Positions 1 to 14,400 of a stretch of DNA of 64,000 nucleotides are shown one piece after another. Made by a program: the position numbers and the translations under genes. The notes beneath the pieces are model-generated. The model was not told the origin of the DNA, ran no database searches, and saw nothing but the letters and a program-made list of their open reading frames with translations. The DNA is from Antedon mediterranea (lineage: Eukaryota; Animalia; Echinodermata). The DNA lies in NCBI RefSeq assembly GCF_964355755.1, contig NC_092675.1:6319812-6383811 (forward strand), given 5' to 3'. Position 1 is the stretch's first letter. Each line of letters starts with the position of its first letter.

Positions 1-140
1 AGTTTTTCAGGTAAATAATTTTTCCAATTACTTAAATCCAATTTTTGGTCTAACTGAATAACTATTATGTGACATTAAAATGGCATATTCAACAAAAAAT
101 TACAATTTGTTGTTTGTTTTTCAGGAGATAATATATCTTT
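1..140. mobile_element. Right end of TTAA MITE (family of 18646-19000)
   Basis: ataactattatgtgacattaaaatggcatattcaac match, ends atatct|ttaa. Confidence 0.7.
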
Positions 141-943
141 AACCGTCTATAAATGCCTTGATATTTTATCAGGTTTATCATTATTTACTCTCTAGGTGTT
201 TTAATGTCTATCCAGTCTTGCCTACTTATTTACTTTGTAGAAATTAAAATGTCAATGCTAAATTGCAGCAGTCAGTAACAGACCATTTAGTATGTTATCA
301 CTCTAGAGTTATCAAATCTAGCACTAGTTAAACCTCTGCATACACCTCTAATAAGCAGACTCCACCAATAACGCAGACTCATCCAAAAGCCTGTTTGTTC
401 TTCTTATCACTATCAGTGAGAGTGCATCACTACAGCTGCTAATCTCCTAAGTGTACAGCTTTCATTTCAAGCATAAAAATATACCTGTGGGACATTTTTT
501 GTTGATGGTAATAATATAAAATTTCTACTACTATATAGAATAATGAAATCAAATGGCTTATAATATATCTTCATGAAGAAATAAAAAATAATTTTATATC
601 AACATTCAATTCAACAATTCTTTACATTTAAACTACAGTATTCTAATACAGGTAGACTGGTACGAAAACATACAAGAGATGAGATTTTTAATGCTTTTTG
701 ATACTTTAATTTTAATATTATAGTCAATTTTATGATTAATGATCATGTGTTGACCTGTTCAATTTTTAATTTTGTTGCATGATTGAATTTAAAGATTGCA
801 GTAAGTTGTCCTCGTATCATATCAAAATCGATCATTGATAATTTGTCAAATAGTATTAAAAAGAAAATTTAAGTACTGTATGTTATAATGTGTGCTATCA
901 CATTTGTATTCATGCCTGTATTATTTATAGGCAATAAACCTAA

Positions 944-1150
944 CCTGGTTGAGTCAAGTGGGCGAGCGGTTAAAGCAGGGGCATCGTTTATCGTACCTAA
1001 AGAGCCAGCAACATCTGGGCTGACTTGCTCCTACAGTAGTTTTGGTGATGGAACAAGTCTTCTCAGATAAGGACTGTGTGGACTTTAAAGAACCCAGTTC
1101 ATCATTCGAGACGAGTAGAAGTAAACTGGTTTACAAAATAGATTACCAAC
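944..1150 (+). mobile_element. tRNA-derived SINE, Deu-like core
   Basis: A-box gtgggcgagcggttaaagc; ttaaagaaccc...attcgagacgagtag resembles the Deu conserved domain (recalled, not aligned). Confidence 0.55.
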
Positions 1151-1799
1151 TATCCGATACGGACAGTGATTAATTTAGACTATTGGTAATCATTGGCCAC
1201 ATGTGGCAAAAGACACAAATTTTTAAAAAAACCCCTAACCTTAACATACAGGTGTGCCACACTGTGATTTGTATGACACTGTATTGCGGATTTTGCCTAG
1301 TACTGTGTATACTGTAGTACTGTGTTTTTATGCCATATGTACAGAGAGACACTTAAACAAAAGAAATTTTTATTTGAAATTTGTAAACTTCAAATTTAAC
1401 CATTTGCAATCGATAGTGCAAGTATTGAACAATACAAAATATTTGTAAAAAATAATAGATGAAAGATCAAGCATGCATGCATATTGCATTGTTCTCAAAG
1501 CTATAGTACGTTTGTACATACTCAGATAGCTTTGAAAATAGCATTGTACTTTTTCAAAATTGAGAATTATGCATTGAGTGATATAATCACTAAAAAAAAC
1601 ACACATTCATTTTGTTAATGTCGCAGACCTTAAAAATTCTACGACTACACATTTTTGCCATCAAGTTTTTGTTAAAGTTTATTTCCATTAAAAATTAGTT
1701 TTTTGGGGAAAATTACATATGAAAAAAAATGTGAATTATTATTTAATAAAAATTAAATACAGAATCAAATTAATTCAAAATGCACTATAGCAGCCGTTG

Positions 1800-2114
1800 A
1801 ATTTCAGAAAAATGTTTGTCGGCAATACGTCGCGGCATGCTAATTACCAGTACCAGTACCAGTAGTTAGTTATATCTTCATTTCTATATTATTTGCATAC
1901 AAAAAGCAAATAAAACACATCTTGCTACCCTCATCTTTTTCAATCGACATATATATACGAATTATTGCAAACAATAATAACTGGAAGCTTATTTTTTATA
2001 ACATAATCTAAGTGCGCCATGTAATGATAAATCTCTTGTATTTTGATCTTTCCTATTAAACTTTGCATATTTTATGAAATATGAAACTTTAAAATAGAAC
2101 AACAGCAGGTAAGT
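1800..2114 (+). other. Possible non-coding first exon/promoter of the cytokine receptor
   Basis: Consensus donor CAG|GTAAGT at 2108/2109 and a small CpG cluster near 1820; the ATG exon has its own acceptor, so an upstream exon is expected. The start coordinate is a guess. Confidence 0.3.
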
Positions 2115-2125
2115 ATCGTATGTTA

Positions 2126-2730
2126 GGGCTTGTTTCTGCTGCATATCTTCAAAATACGGTATAAAATGCGGTATGTTTTATACCGTATTTGTTAGTACCC
2201 CGTTTCTGCTAGAAGTACAATCTTGGGTGGTCATGTTAATATTCATCTTGTTACCACAACCTGCCTTTAACTACCCCTCAAAATGGGGACAAGTGTATTC
2301 CTCCCTTGCCCGAATTAAAATGTGTTATCTTTGGCGATGTTGTAGCCTCTGCTTTTACAGTCTCTGTCTGTTTTGTCACCTCATACTCTCCTTTAATTTT
2401 TGCTAAATTATCTTTCTAAATCTGGCTGTCCTGTTTTTTCCTTTCTAATTTTCCCGAAATCTTTGTTTCCCCAACAGATTAATTGCAAATGTTGTGATGT
2501 TGTTCCTTACTTATCTGTGTAAAAAGTCAAAATATACAGTATTTTATATTGGCAGCAGAATATGGTATAAATTTATAAATACTGTATTTTATCCACAAAT
2601 TTGGTGGGGAAAATATGGTATACAAAATATGGTATATTTTTGATGAGCTGCCAAAAATATACCGTATTTACGGTCTTAAAAAAATACTGTATTAATTACA
2701 GTATTTACTAGGCAGCAGAAACAAAAGACC
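2126..2730. mobile_element. PIF/Harbinger-like MITE
   Basis: GGGCTTGTTTCTGCTGC...GCAGCAGAAACAAAAGACC flanked by TTA on both sides. Confidence 0.7.
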
Positions 2731-3215
2731 TTAGAAAACAAATAGGAATGTTTTGTATTCATAGAGTAGAGAGAATAATTTTTTACATTCGTTGACAGAG
2801 ATTTAATAGTCTATTCACTTGGTAGAGATAAACAAACATTCATTATATACTGTATTAAATGAATAATTTGGTGTTTGTACAGTATGATTGGTAAATCTAT
2901 GTACAGATTTAGACGACAATCGTTGTATATTCTCTATTACTGTAGCCGGTTTGAAATGTTATGAACGAACAGAATGTTGATACACTGTGTAAAGTGTGGA
3001 CTATTTTGATGTGCGACTATTTACTTTTTTCTGTTGTAAATTAACATGAATAATAACCATAAGGCGGAAAGAACACACCGCTGTCTGCTGTTATGTCCAG
3101 AATTGGATAATTACATAAATTTAATTTCTTCAGTTTGATAAAGTGTTTAATTAGTGGTAGTCACACAGCAGTTTTTTATTACATCCTTAATGTTCACAAT
3201 CTGTTTTTCAAACAT

Positions 3216-3355
3216 CTCTTATATTCACACAAAGAACAAACAACCATTGGTTGATGCATTAAAAGTTATATTGCGTGTAGAAAGCGGTTACATCCTTTAT
3301 ATTCACACACGTAACAAACAACCATTGGTTAATGTATTAAAAGTTATATTGCGTA
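3216..3355. repeat. Short direct duplication (~60 bp)
   Basis: ttatattcacac...aacaaacaaccattggtt...attaaaagttatattgcgt occurs twice. Confidence 0.8.
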
Positions 3356-4944
3356 CCAAGCAGTTTACAATAATTACATTAATCATGCGCAATTACATAA
3401 AAAGTACAAACTTCATACTATGCATAAATAAAGTATAAAATTTCATTACAAAGCTGCAGTTAGATTTCAAAGTACAGTAGTTCAAACAAAATAAGAAAAA
3501 CCTGGTTTTGAAAATGATGATGTATCTATTATATTTATGTTTGATACAGGATATAAAGTTTCCTATGATGATCTTATCACAAAATAGATAAGTAAAAAAT
3601 TAATTAAATGTTTGAAATAACTCTTGAATTGATTAATTGATGTTTAATATCTTATATACAGTAAATGAAGTTATAGAGATATTCATACTAAATATATTCT
3701 ATTTATAGTAATAGACTCCTTATTGGTCCTAAAATTTAATAACAGCATACACAGTGTTGTAATAGATGAATATGCATTATCTACACACTGATAGTGGGAT
3801 CCAATTTTTTTTTTTCGCAAGATGAAAGTTTATGTGAATAAAAAAGCGAATGTTTAAACTTTAATTCTTACTCAAAATGATGAAAACAATGGCCAAAAAA
3901 AAAAAAAATGAAAACAGGATTTTCGTTACATGTAGGAACTACTGAACCTTGTTTGAAAATCGCATTAACTGAATAAATGTACTGTATGATGCATCGCACA
4001 CCTACGGTTTGTCGTTATCATGATAATAATATACGTAAAAACAGTAAACTGCAAACAAACTTTAGATTAGAGAGTGCACAGTGCAGTCACTTTAAGAATC
4101 GTATGATAGTACATTATGTGGTAAGCCTCCCTAGAATCCCGTTTTAAAAAACAAGTCTTCGATAAAGATAAATCACACAATCTCTCCTTCAATTTTCTCA
4201 GCTTCGTTGTAAAAAATTAGAGGCCTACTGTAGGCAGAGAACTGTTAGTTTTTTTGTGGGGTAAATTCATTTTTGCAAAATCTTTTTCCTACAAATTGAC
4301 TTCAATCGTCCAAATTTGCAAATGAGAATATCATGAGTGTGGAGTGGATTAATTAAAATGGAAAAAAAATTATGCAATCTACAGTACAGTATGTAATCAG
4401 TGTAATTGATTGATATTGATAATGATAATGTAATGAATGAAGTAGATTATTATTTAAAGGAAAATGAGACAATGCTGTCGGTATCAGTGGCTAGATTTCA
4501 ATGGAGATACAAAATAAAATAAGCAAAAAGCTAAATCAAAACAATACAGTAAAACAGCCAGAAAAAGTAACAGAGATTTCAGGCAACACTAGCCCTTCAT
4601 CAGTGCAAGTATATTATTGTTGATATATAAAGAACTGGACATACTGTACAGCGAGTCTTTATATATAAAACAGTTTTAGTTTTAGTGTTTCATCATATAA
4701 AAGGCTATCAACATGATTTGTACTGTATTTGAACCTGCCAGCATCTTGTTATATGTAACTTATAAAATTAGTTTCCTTAAGGCCTTTCTTCACTGGCAAT
4801 TAAAGAGTTTATAGCTTACTATTGTAGCTGATGTATCAAAATAGTGTATAGAGAGCAGAGAAAAATAATGATAATTAGGAATATTTTCTGAATACACACT
4901 ATTATTTTCTGCATACACACTATTATTGTACTAATAATAATGGA

Positions 4945-6672
4945 TCGTTAATGTTCTCAATCCATTCTCTACTTCTGATCACTGTGTGGTGGCTTTCAAA
5001 ATTCGCGGTTTCCCGAGGGTTAAACGAAATCCTTACTAAGACAAAATATTTTTACGCTAAAACTAACATTGAGGCTATTAATGAAGGTATTGGGAACATC
5101 ACTTGGGAATCCATTGAATGTGAATCGGTTAATGGAGTATGGTCTAATTTTATTACCAAATTTATGGAATGTGTGAATTTACATATCCCACATAGAAATC
5201 AATGCAGAAAGACCAACCCCTGGATTTTCCCCGAAAAGAGAAAACTGTTTAACCGCGCTAGACAAGTGGAAACATTAATGACTGGACTGCTTATAAAAAG
5301 CTCCGTAATAAAATAAGATATGTCACAAATCGTTCCCACAGTAAATATATTGATGAATTAATGGGAAAAGCTGATAACATGAAGCAATTCTAGCAGTATG
5401 TCCATTCCAAACGGAAGTCTGTAAATTGTTCTTCATTTGTGATTAATGATACAATGTGCTCCGATCCGAGGACAATTGCGAACGCGTTTAATTCACTATT
5501 CGAATCTTATTTTACACAGAATGACCCATTAACAGATGAATCTACATCACGCAGACTAGAGAGAGGTTACAACTCTAGCAAACATTATTGTCCATCCCAT
5601 TGTAGTTTTCAGGAAGATCATGAATCTCTCTGTGGGCAAAGCTGCCGGGCCCGATGGCATTACATCTCAAATGTTAAAACTCTGTGCCAAAGGTTTATCG
5701 CCATTACTTGCCGATGTTTTTAACTTCAGTTTGGAAAGTGGTGAACTTCCTTCGGCATGGAAATGTGCAAACATCGCACCAGTCCATAAGAAGCTCAGCA
5801 AGACGAACCTATGCAACTACATGTATAGACCAATTGCACTGACATCTTTGTTCTCAAAGGAGCTCGAGAGTATTGTCACCGATGAACTCCGTCTTCATCT
5901 GAACGATTTTGAACTCATGTTTGATGGCCAATATGGTTTTACTCCAGGAAAATCTTGTTCCTCAGTCTTGGCTGAGGTTACAACATCCTGGGTTAAAAGG
6001 CTTTAGGTAATGGGGCACCCCGGATTGATGTCGTGGCTCTTGATTAAAGTAGGCATTTGATTCCATCTCGCATGACATTCAAAATCTAATGATTGAGCAA
6101 ATCCAGAGACGGGCCACCCAGTTGATTTTACATCGTCAGGAACAGTCATATGAGGGGAGACTAGACACTCTTGATATCCCATCCACAATCGCCATTAGAG
6201 ATTGTTATACTGTTCTATTTGTTTGCAGTGTTTTACTTTATCATCATCAAAGATCTATTATTTATAATTTACTCATAGTTAATAATCGTCATGATACCCT
6301 CACTTTCAAGCATCTTCGCTCCAGTAATGATATGTCAAGATTTTGCATCCCGACCAGATTCACTAGAACTTGGAATTCCATACCCAATGAGATTCGCAAT
6401 ATTTTTGTTAATGGTTCATTTATGAATTTTAAATTATCTCTAAAGCATTATTTTAAAAGTCGGAGAGAAACTTTGTAACTTTTTAAATCATTTTTTTTTT
6501 ATCTTGTGAAATGTCTATGTTATTTTAGTATACCTTACCGGTGACAGCGTTTTGTTTAATGCTTGTCTCTCCTCGGCTTCGTGTCTTGTACTTCATATAT
6601 ATATTTCTATGTTTTGTAATTGTTATTTCATGTTTATTGCCGAAATGAATAAAATAAAATAAAATAATAATA
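4945..6672 (+). mobile_element. Degraded CR1/L2-group LINE (endonuclease end, RT start, C-terminus)
   Basis: SDH motif at 4974; KAAGPDGI, WKCANIAPVHK, YRPIAL, QYGF; IEQIQRRAT; stops, frameshifts and a large internal deletion; (AAAAT)n tail. Confidence 0.9.
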
Positions 6673-7532
6673 ATACATATATATATATAAAAAATATAGA
6701 CATTTTATATTTTTATACAATAAAATAATGTTTATGAGGAGAATATTTTCATATAGTTAGTTCTATTCTATCTGAACAGTTCAGCAATAACCAGGGGTAG
6801 ATCCAGGGGTGGGAGGTTCTCTAACATATTAATTATCTTAGTTAAGAATAAACATTAATTCAAAGGTAATTCTTACTTTTAGTTCTTAATTAAAGAGAAG
6901 GAACAAAAACATTTTGAATCCATCCCAGTCTACTGTAGTACAGCAAAAAGGTTCAACATGATGTATCCCAATTGTCAGGAAAATAAAAGGGCATAACAAA
7001 AACCATTCAAAACGGCAAGAATATACTTTAAAGTTGTGTTAAAAAAGATTATATTAACATGTACTTTAGAAGTAGGAAGTACAGGTACTTTAAAAAGGTT
7101 TACATTGAAGTGTCAATACCATAAAGATATAGATTTGCAGGGATTATTTTCGTATGAAAATTGAATATATAAATATTACTTTCTTAGGTTATTATTAAAC
7201 CAAAAATATGAATGTTCTTGGTTGATGCAGTAGAATGTTACTTTATATTTCAACTGGAAATGTTTTTGTTACAATACATTGAGGAGTAATTGATACTGTT
7301 AAAAGGATTTTGAACTCGATATGAACATGCTATGTTGAGTTAAAAACCAATGATGTGTTTGTTAAGGCTTTTGAGATGCCATTAATGTAAGTTATTTGAG
7401 TAAGTATAATATAACTGAATTTAACAACCCACAGTACTATTTAGTTAAAGTTTAATGAATAAATTTGTTAGGTATTTGTAGGGGAAATGAACTATAATGT
7501 ATTAAAATTAACAGCAAACATGTTCAACAACT

Positions 7533-7871
7533 CTATTATTCCGAGAAGGCGTGGTGTTTATTTGAGGGAGGCATTTATTCGTGGGAGGCGTTTATTTTTT
7601 TGGTGTAATATGATAACAGGTATAATAAATACCCCCTAGGAAAAGAAAAAATACAACACAATTAATATCAAGAAGTGATAAAATACAGTAAAAATTCAAA
7701 ATGCTTGGTAAATTGTAGATCATGTCAATTAATGAATTCTACTACAAATAGAAATGTATTGCAACAATACATAATTTTGTATTGCATGGTGGCAGGGCGT
7801 TTATCCGATGAAATAAATAAAGGCCCGGGGCGTTTATTTCAGACAGGACGTTTATTTGAATAAATACGGTA
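7533..7871. mobile_element. Degenerate MITE with GGCGTTTATT subrepeats
   Basis: Repeated ggcgtttatt motifs at both ends and terminal aataaatacggta. Confidence 0.55.
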
Positions 7872-8346
7872 CCTCAGTTTATTCTCTTTTATTATGAGGG
7901 ACAGTAGCCACTAGATTACATTGCTTTGGACAAAGGTAGGCAGGGGCAACAATATTCTTTCAATAGTTTTGAGTTCTTTTGTTGTTTTCTATTGAAAAGA
8001 AAAGAAAGGTTTTTAAAAAAGCAAATAAAAATAATAAAACCCATAAAAACGAACCAATCTTGAAAACGATTTTAAAAACCACAATTTGAATCTTGATCGT
8101 TAAAAACAGTTTCTGTGAATAATTCTGTTACTGCCTTCGAAGGTCACATGAATAGCACGATTATCATCTGGGGATGACAATAATGTCAACCAGTAATATT
8201 TTGTTACAATGCATTGCAATGCAATCTATATATCAAAAATACAGAAACCGGTTTTGTAAAATATAATTTTATAATAGCATAACAGAGCATAACAGAGTTT
8301 TACTGCTTATTTTCAGGACTAATGATGTGAGAAGATAACCAGTAGG

Positions 8347-8437
8347 ATGAAGCTGCTTGAAGTGAGGCGTTTACTAGATGCATGGTTCATTATTACCTCT
8401 ATGTTCCATGTTACTGCATATGCCTACAACAGATGTG
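8347..8437 (+). CDS. Cytokine receptor coding exon 1, signal peptide (MKLLEVRRLLDAWFIITSMFHVTAYAYNRC)
   Basis: Acceptor tttcag ending 8316, ATG at 8347, moderately hydrophobic leader ending A-Y-A, donor G|gtatgt, phase 1. Confidence 0.75.
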
Positions 8438-11400
8438 GTATGTATACAATTAATAGTACCTTTACTTACTGACTGGTGTAAAGCCCACTCTCAGGAACAA
8501 GCCCATCCTTGGTTGTAATGCTATCCTTTCATATATAAGCCCGTCCTTTTGTGTATGAGCGCACCTTTGTGAAAAACCCACCCTAGGGTGTAATCCTACC
8601 ATTGCTCATCTTTTTGTATAAGCCCATCATTTTGTATTGGCCCACATTCGCAAATAAGCCCACCCTAGGGTGTAATCCTGACATTGCTCATCTTTTTGTA
8701 TAAGCCCATCATTTTGTATTGGCCCACATTCGCAAATAAGCCCACCCTAGGGTGTAATCCTGCCATTGCTCATCTTTTTGTATAAGCCCATCATTTTGTA
8801 TTGGCCCACATTCGCAAATAAGCCCACCCTAGGGTGTAATCCTACCATTGCTCATCTTTTTGTATAAGCCCATCATTTTGTATTGGCCCACATTCGCTAA
8901 TAAGCCCACCCTAGGGTGTAATCCTACCATTGCTCATCTTTTTGTATAAGCCCATCATTTTGTATTGGCCCACATTCGCAAATAAGCCCACCCTAGGGTG
9001 TAATCCTACCATTGCTCATCTTTTTGTATAAGCCCATCATTTTGTATTGGCCCACATTCGCAAATAAGCCCACCCTAGGGTGTAATCCTACCATTGCTCA
9101 TCTTTTTGTATAAGCCCATCATTTTGTATTGGCCCACATTCGCAAATAAGCCCACCCTAGGGTGTAATCCTGCCATTGCTCATCTTTTTGTATAAGCCCA
9201 TCATTTTGTATTGGCCCACATTCGCAAATAAGCCCACCCTAGGGTGTAATCCTACCATTGCTCATCTTTTTGTATAAGCCCATCATTTTGTATTGGCCCA
9301 CATTCGCAAATAAGCCCACCCTAGGGTGTAATCCTGCCATTGCTCATCTTTTTGTATAAGCCCATCATTTTGTATTGGCCCACATTCGCTAATAAGCCCA
9401 CCCTAGGGTGTAATCCTGCCATTGCTCATCTTTTTGTATAAGCCCATCATTTTGTATTGGCCCACATTCGCAAATAAGCCCACCCTAGGGTGTAATCCTA
9501 CCATTGCTCATCTTTTTGTATAAGCCCATCATTTTGTATTGGCCCACATTCGCAAATAAGCCCACCCTAGGGTGTAATCCTGCCATTGCTCATCTTTTTG
9601 TATAAGCCCATCATTTTGTATTGGCCCACATTCGCAAATAAGCCCACCCTAGGGTGTAATCCTACCATTGCTCATCTTTTTGTATAAGCCCATCATTTTG
9701 TATTGGCCCACATTCGCAAATAAGCCCACCCTAGGGTGTAATCCTACCATTGCTCATCTTTTTGTATAAGCCCATCATTTTGTATTGGCCCACATTCGCA
9801 AATAAGCCCACCCTAGGGTGTAATCCTACCATTGCTCATCTTTTTGTATAAGCCCATCATTTTGTATTGGCCCACATTCGCAAATAAGCCCACCCTAGGG
9901 TGTAATCCTACCATTGCTCATCTTTTTGTATAAGCCCATCATTTTGTATTGGCCCACATTCGCTAATAAGCCCACCCTAGGGTGTAATCCTACCATTGCT
10001 CATCTTTTTGTATAAGCCCATCATTTTGTATTGGCCCACATTCGCAAATAAGCCCACCCTAGGGTGTAATCCTGACATTGCTCATCTTTTTGTATAAGCC
10101 CATCATTTTGTATTGGCCCACATTCGCAAATAAGCCCACCCTAGGGTGTAATCCTGCCATTGCTCATCTTTTTGTATAAGCCCATCATTTTGTATTGGCC
10201 CACATTCGCAAATAAGCCCACCCTAGGGTGTAATCCTGCCATTGCTCATCTTTTTGTATAAGCCCATCATTTTGTATTGGCCCACATTCGCTAATAAGCC
10301 CACCCTAGGGTGTAATCCTACCATTGCTCATCTTTTTGTATAAGCCCATCATTTTGTATTGGCCCACATTCGCAAATAAGCCTACCCTAGGGTGTAATCT
10401 TGCCATTGCTCATCTTTTTGTATAAGCCCATCATTTTGTATTGGCCCACATTCGCAAATAAGCCCACCCTAGGGTGTAATCCTGCCATTGCTCATCTTTT
10501 TGTATAAGCCCATCATTTTGTATTGGCCCACATTCGCAAATAAGCCCACCCTAGGGTGTAATCCTACCATTGCTCATCTTTTTGTATAAGCCCATCATTT
10601 TGTATTGGCCCACATTCGCAAATAAGCCCACCCTAGGGTGTAATCCTACCATTGCTCATCTTTTTGTATAAGCCCATCATTTTGTATTGGCCCACATTCG
10701 CAAATAAGCCCACCCTAGGGTGTAATCCTGCCATTGCTCATCTTTTTGTATAAGCCCATCATTTTGTATTGGCCCACATTCGCAAATAAGCCCACCCTAG
10801 GGTGTAATCCTGCCATTGCTCATCTTTTTGTATAAGCCCATCATTTTGTATTGGCCCACATTCGCTAATAAGCCCACCCTAGGGTGTAATCCTGACATTG
10901 CCCATCTTTTTGTATGCTCATCCTCGGGTATATGATGCGCATGGACACTAACAAACGTGTGAAATACCAATCCCTACTTCTGATAAATGTTCATGCAAAT
11001 TGATGTACTCTGGTAATATAAGCCCACCATTAATTTAACACGCGTCATAAAGGCATTGTATTGTTTCTTTAACAAATTATACAACATTAAAGTCTTCCAA
11101 GATCAGTTATCTTGACACCAAGTATCTGTGTTAATGTAACACAGAATGTGCATTTTCACGTTCAACTCCCATTTGAACAGAATACAAATGTATAATTCTA
11201 TTTGTTCAATTACAATATAGACAAATAGAGCATGAAATATGTAAATCTATTTTTTAATGATCCAACAGCAAAAATTAATGTTTAATCGTCATCATTTTCT
11301 GTCATTGTACTTTTTACATTTTTTTCTACTCAATTCTGTTGTCTGTTAACCTACTATAAATTCAATTGAAAGGATCGTCTTTATATTTTTCAAATTAATT

Positions 11401-14400
11401 AGAAAGAACAATAAACCTACAGAATTAATATAATGATAATATAAACGTTGTTATTTATTTTAAGAGGTATTAGTATTTTTACGTCAGAGAATCAATTAGT
11501 ATTAAACATGTTTTACAATGTATATAAATAAAAAAATCCCATCTTGCCTTTCCAGAATGTCGTCTGCTTATTTTTAAAAATTAAGTTACAATATATTAAA
11601 AAATGTCAGTCTTAAGCAATGTACAGTAAATGCTACATGGAAGTCCTTCTCAATTTATGACATATTATAGTGCATTTACTGTATAAATTAAAAGGATTTA
11701 ATTTATTATTATAATATTATGTCATAAATACAAAAGTTTGTAATTTATCAAAGGTAAAATTACAATGCTTTTGAAGATTATTACTCTAGGGGAAATATCG
11801 CTATACATCTGAAGTCTTAAAGTAGTCTTTAGAGTCAGTTCACAGTTAGTTAATGTTTACATGGACTAAATGTGAACATTCAATTTAACCCAGCAGTGGG
11901 TAAACCTGAATTGAGTCCAAATTAGGCTAAGTCAGTCTGTGATGTATAGTGGTTCAGGGCCAATTATTTCTGAACATATACCTAGAATAGCAAAACCAAT
12001 AATGAAATTGCTATACCATTATCCCTTAAATCATTGTGTCATTTTTATTCTTTTGAAAACCACTGGTCGCTGTTTAATAATTTTCAGTGAAATTATGAAG
12101 AAAAATATAATGCTTCTTTCTAAAAATCGTTTACAGTAATTCTATTTTGTAAGGTGATCCATTTTGGAGTTTTCTATCATCCATCTCAGAATTTCCCATC
12201 ATCCATCTCAGAATTTCCTATCATCCATCTCAGAATTTCTCATCCATCTTAGAATATTCCATCATCCATCTCAGAATTTCTTATCCATCTCCGAATTTCC
12301 CATCATCCATCTTAGAATTTCTCATCATCCATCATCTTTATCGTGCAATTATTGTACTGACCCAAAATCAAAGCAAGTGTATCAAAACTAGGCCATCGAA
12401 AATTGTAACTCAAGACGGAATGATAATTTTGAGCCCTGATACTGAATTTCAATCAGCAAGTGTTAAAGGACACTTATCAATGATATTTTCACTATTCTCT
12501 AGCAATGTATTTTCATTGTGCCATAATGAAAATAGTGAACAAAAATATTAATAATGATAATCTTGTTATTCTTGAGAATAATTACTAGTGATTATCACCT
12601 AAAAACAACATGAAACCTAGACTCCTAGCAACAAATCTGTAATCAATCCATAAACATCTTTATAAATAAATTTAGTATGCTATGCTAAATTTACAAAGCT
12701 TTCCTAATATCAAAATTGTATTCATAAACCAGACAATTTGCTAGCCCAGGGAAGAGTAGCCTTACTCATAGAGATATTATTAGTAGACGACGCAAGAGCG
12801 ACCAGTGAATATCGGCAAATCATGCAAGTTTCAAGCTCTACCACTGTGACTGCATTAAAAGCTAGAATGATTCTCACATACAGAAATTACTTGTTTTATT
12901 ATGCTATTTATTAGTATTAACAAGCATTTTATAAAAAGTGGGATTTATTTTTGAAAAAAAATTGTTTTTGCTTACTTTATGTTTATCTCCATTGAGATCC
13001 AGACATTGATACCCACATCATGGTAATTTTTTCAGTGATTTGTCTTTTGTTACTTTTTTAAACAGATTTACACTGACCATTTTAAAGAATTTTACACCAG
13101 AGTGGTTAACTCTCTATCTGTTTCCTAAAATATCTCTATGGTCTTAAAAAAAAAGGTCCCGTATTCAATTCTGAAGGTAATGAGTTGTTACGAGCTCATT
13201 TTACTTAAGCCTCGGCATTATGTGGTAGGATGCCCAGTTCCTTTCCACACTGCCTAGCCCTCCTCTTGTACGATAGTTTGAAAACATTCAAAATATTAAG
13301 AATGAGTGATTTGATGTTTCATACTTGGCTTTCAATCAAATATTTCATAACAAATATATTTTCTAGTTTAATTCTTATAACTATCTCTATTTTTAGTAGC
13401 TCAACAACCACTGAAATGTGAGGGAGTCAACTATACATCTGTTCGGTGCAGTTGGAGTCCAGTAATCAATAACCAGTACACAGTGCAATGGTTCTTGTAA
13501 GAATAATTTCCATGTCTTTCGATACCACTGCCATAGAAGTCCATGGTTCAAGCCTTAAGCACTGTCTACACTGTCAAACTAGTTTGACAAAAATAGTGTG
13601 ATGTGCTCAAATATGGTAGCGATATTCTCACATGGTAGTGATATGACATCAGCATGTTCATATTTGTGTACATCACAAGTTTGATAGTGTAAACAGAGCT
13701 TTAGAGTGCAGACCATTCAATGGCTTCATATAAAAAAAAAGAATTTTGTACAAAGTTATTGTTTTTGTTTATAAATGTATTTACTCTGTTGTTCCTTTGT
13801 ACATTTTTGATTTAATTAAGTTTAACCCCCATCAGCTTTCATTTAATTACAGGTGTCGACTTTGCTCCTCTAATGATCCTACCAGACTTTTCGTTCCACG
13901 ATCTAATCGGAAAGCTGGTGACAATGCGTTTTCTGTTGCCGCTCCGTGGATCTGGAACGCGCTACCTGTTGATTTGAGAGGAGTGAATTCTGCACCTCTA
14001 TTTAAACGTCAACTTAAAACTTTTCTTTTTAATTAATTACTTAGTATTGTTAGGCGCTCTGTTCTTTGTAAGGCGCCATATAAAAACCTGTATATAGAAT
14101 AGAATGTTAAAAAATAAAATATATTGCTAATGACCACACCTGTACTTGGGTATAATACCAACTATTTTAACGTTTGTACCAATATTAATCAGTGGCTGAA
14201 ATAGGGAGAGGGAGCAGGTCTAAAAATAGTAAAATGCAATTTGTTGAACTTTAACTCCTTTAGAATTGTAATTAACAAAATTGCCCAGCATGTGCCCACC
14301 TCCCCTTTTTTAATCAGTCCATGGAAATACTCCATGAATGGTATAGAACACACAAAGATGTAATTTACAGATATCGAGTAGGAAACCAAACAGGAAATTC

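Noticed and set aside
8577-10914. CRISPR-like array (regular repeat with a palindrome)
   Set aside because: Units are contiguous and near-identical with no unique spacers; no cas genes; eukaryotic intron context.
13066-13130. Good acceptor (tttttaaacag) as an extra receptor exon
   Set aside because: Phase-1 reading hits TGA within four codons.
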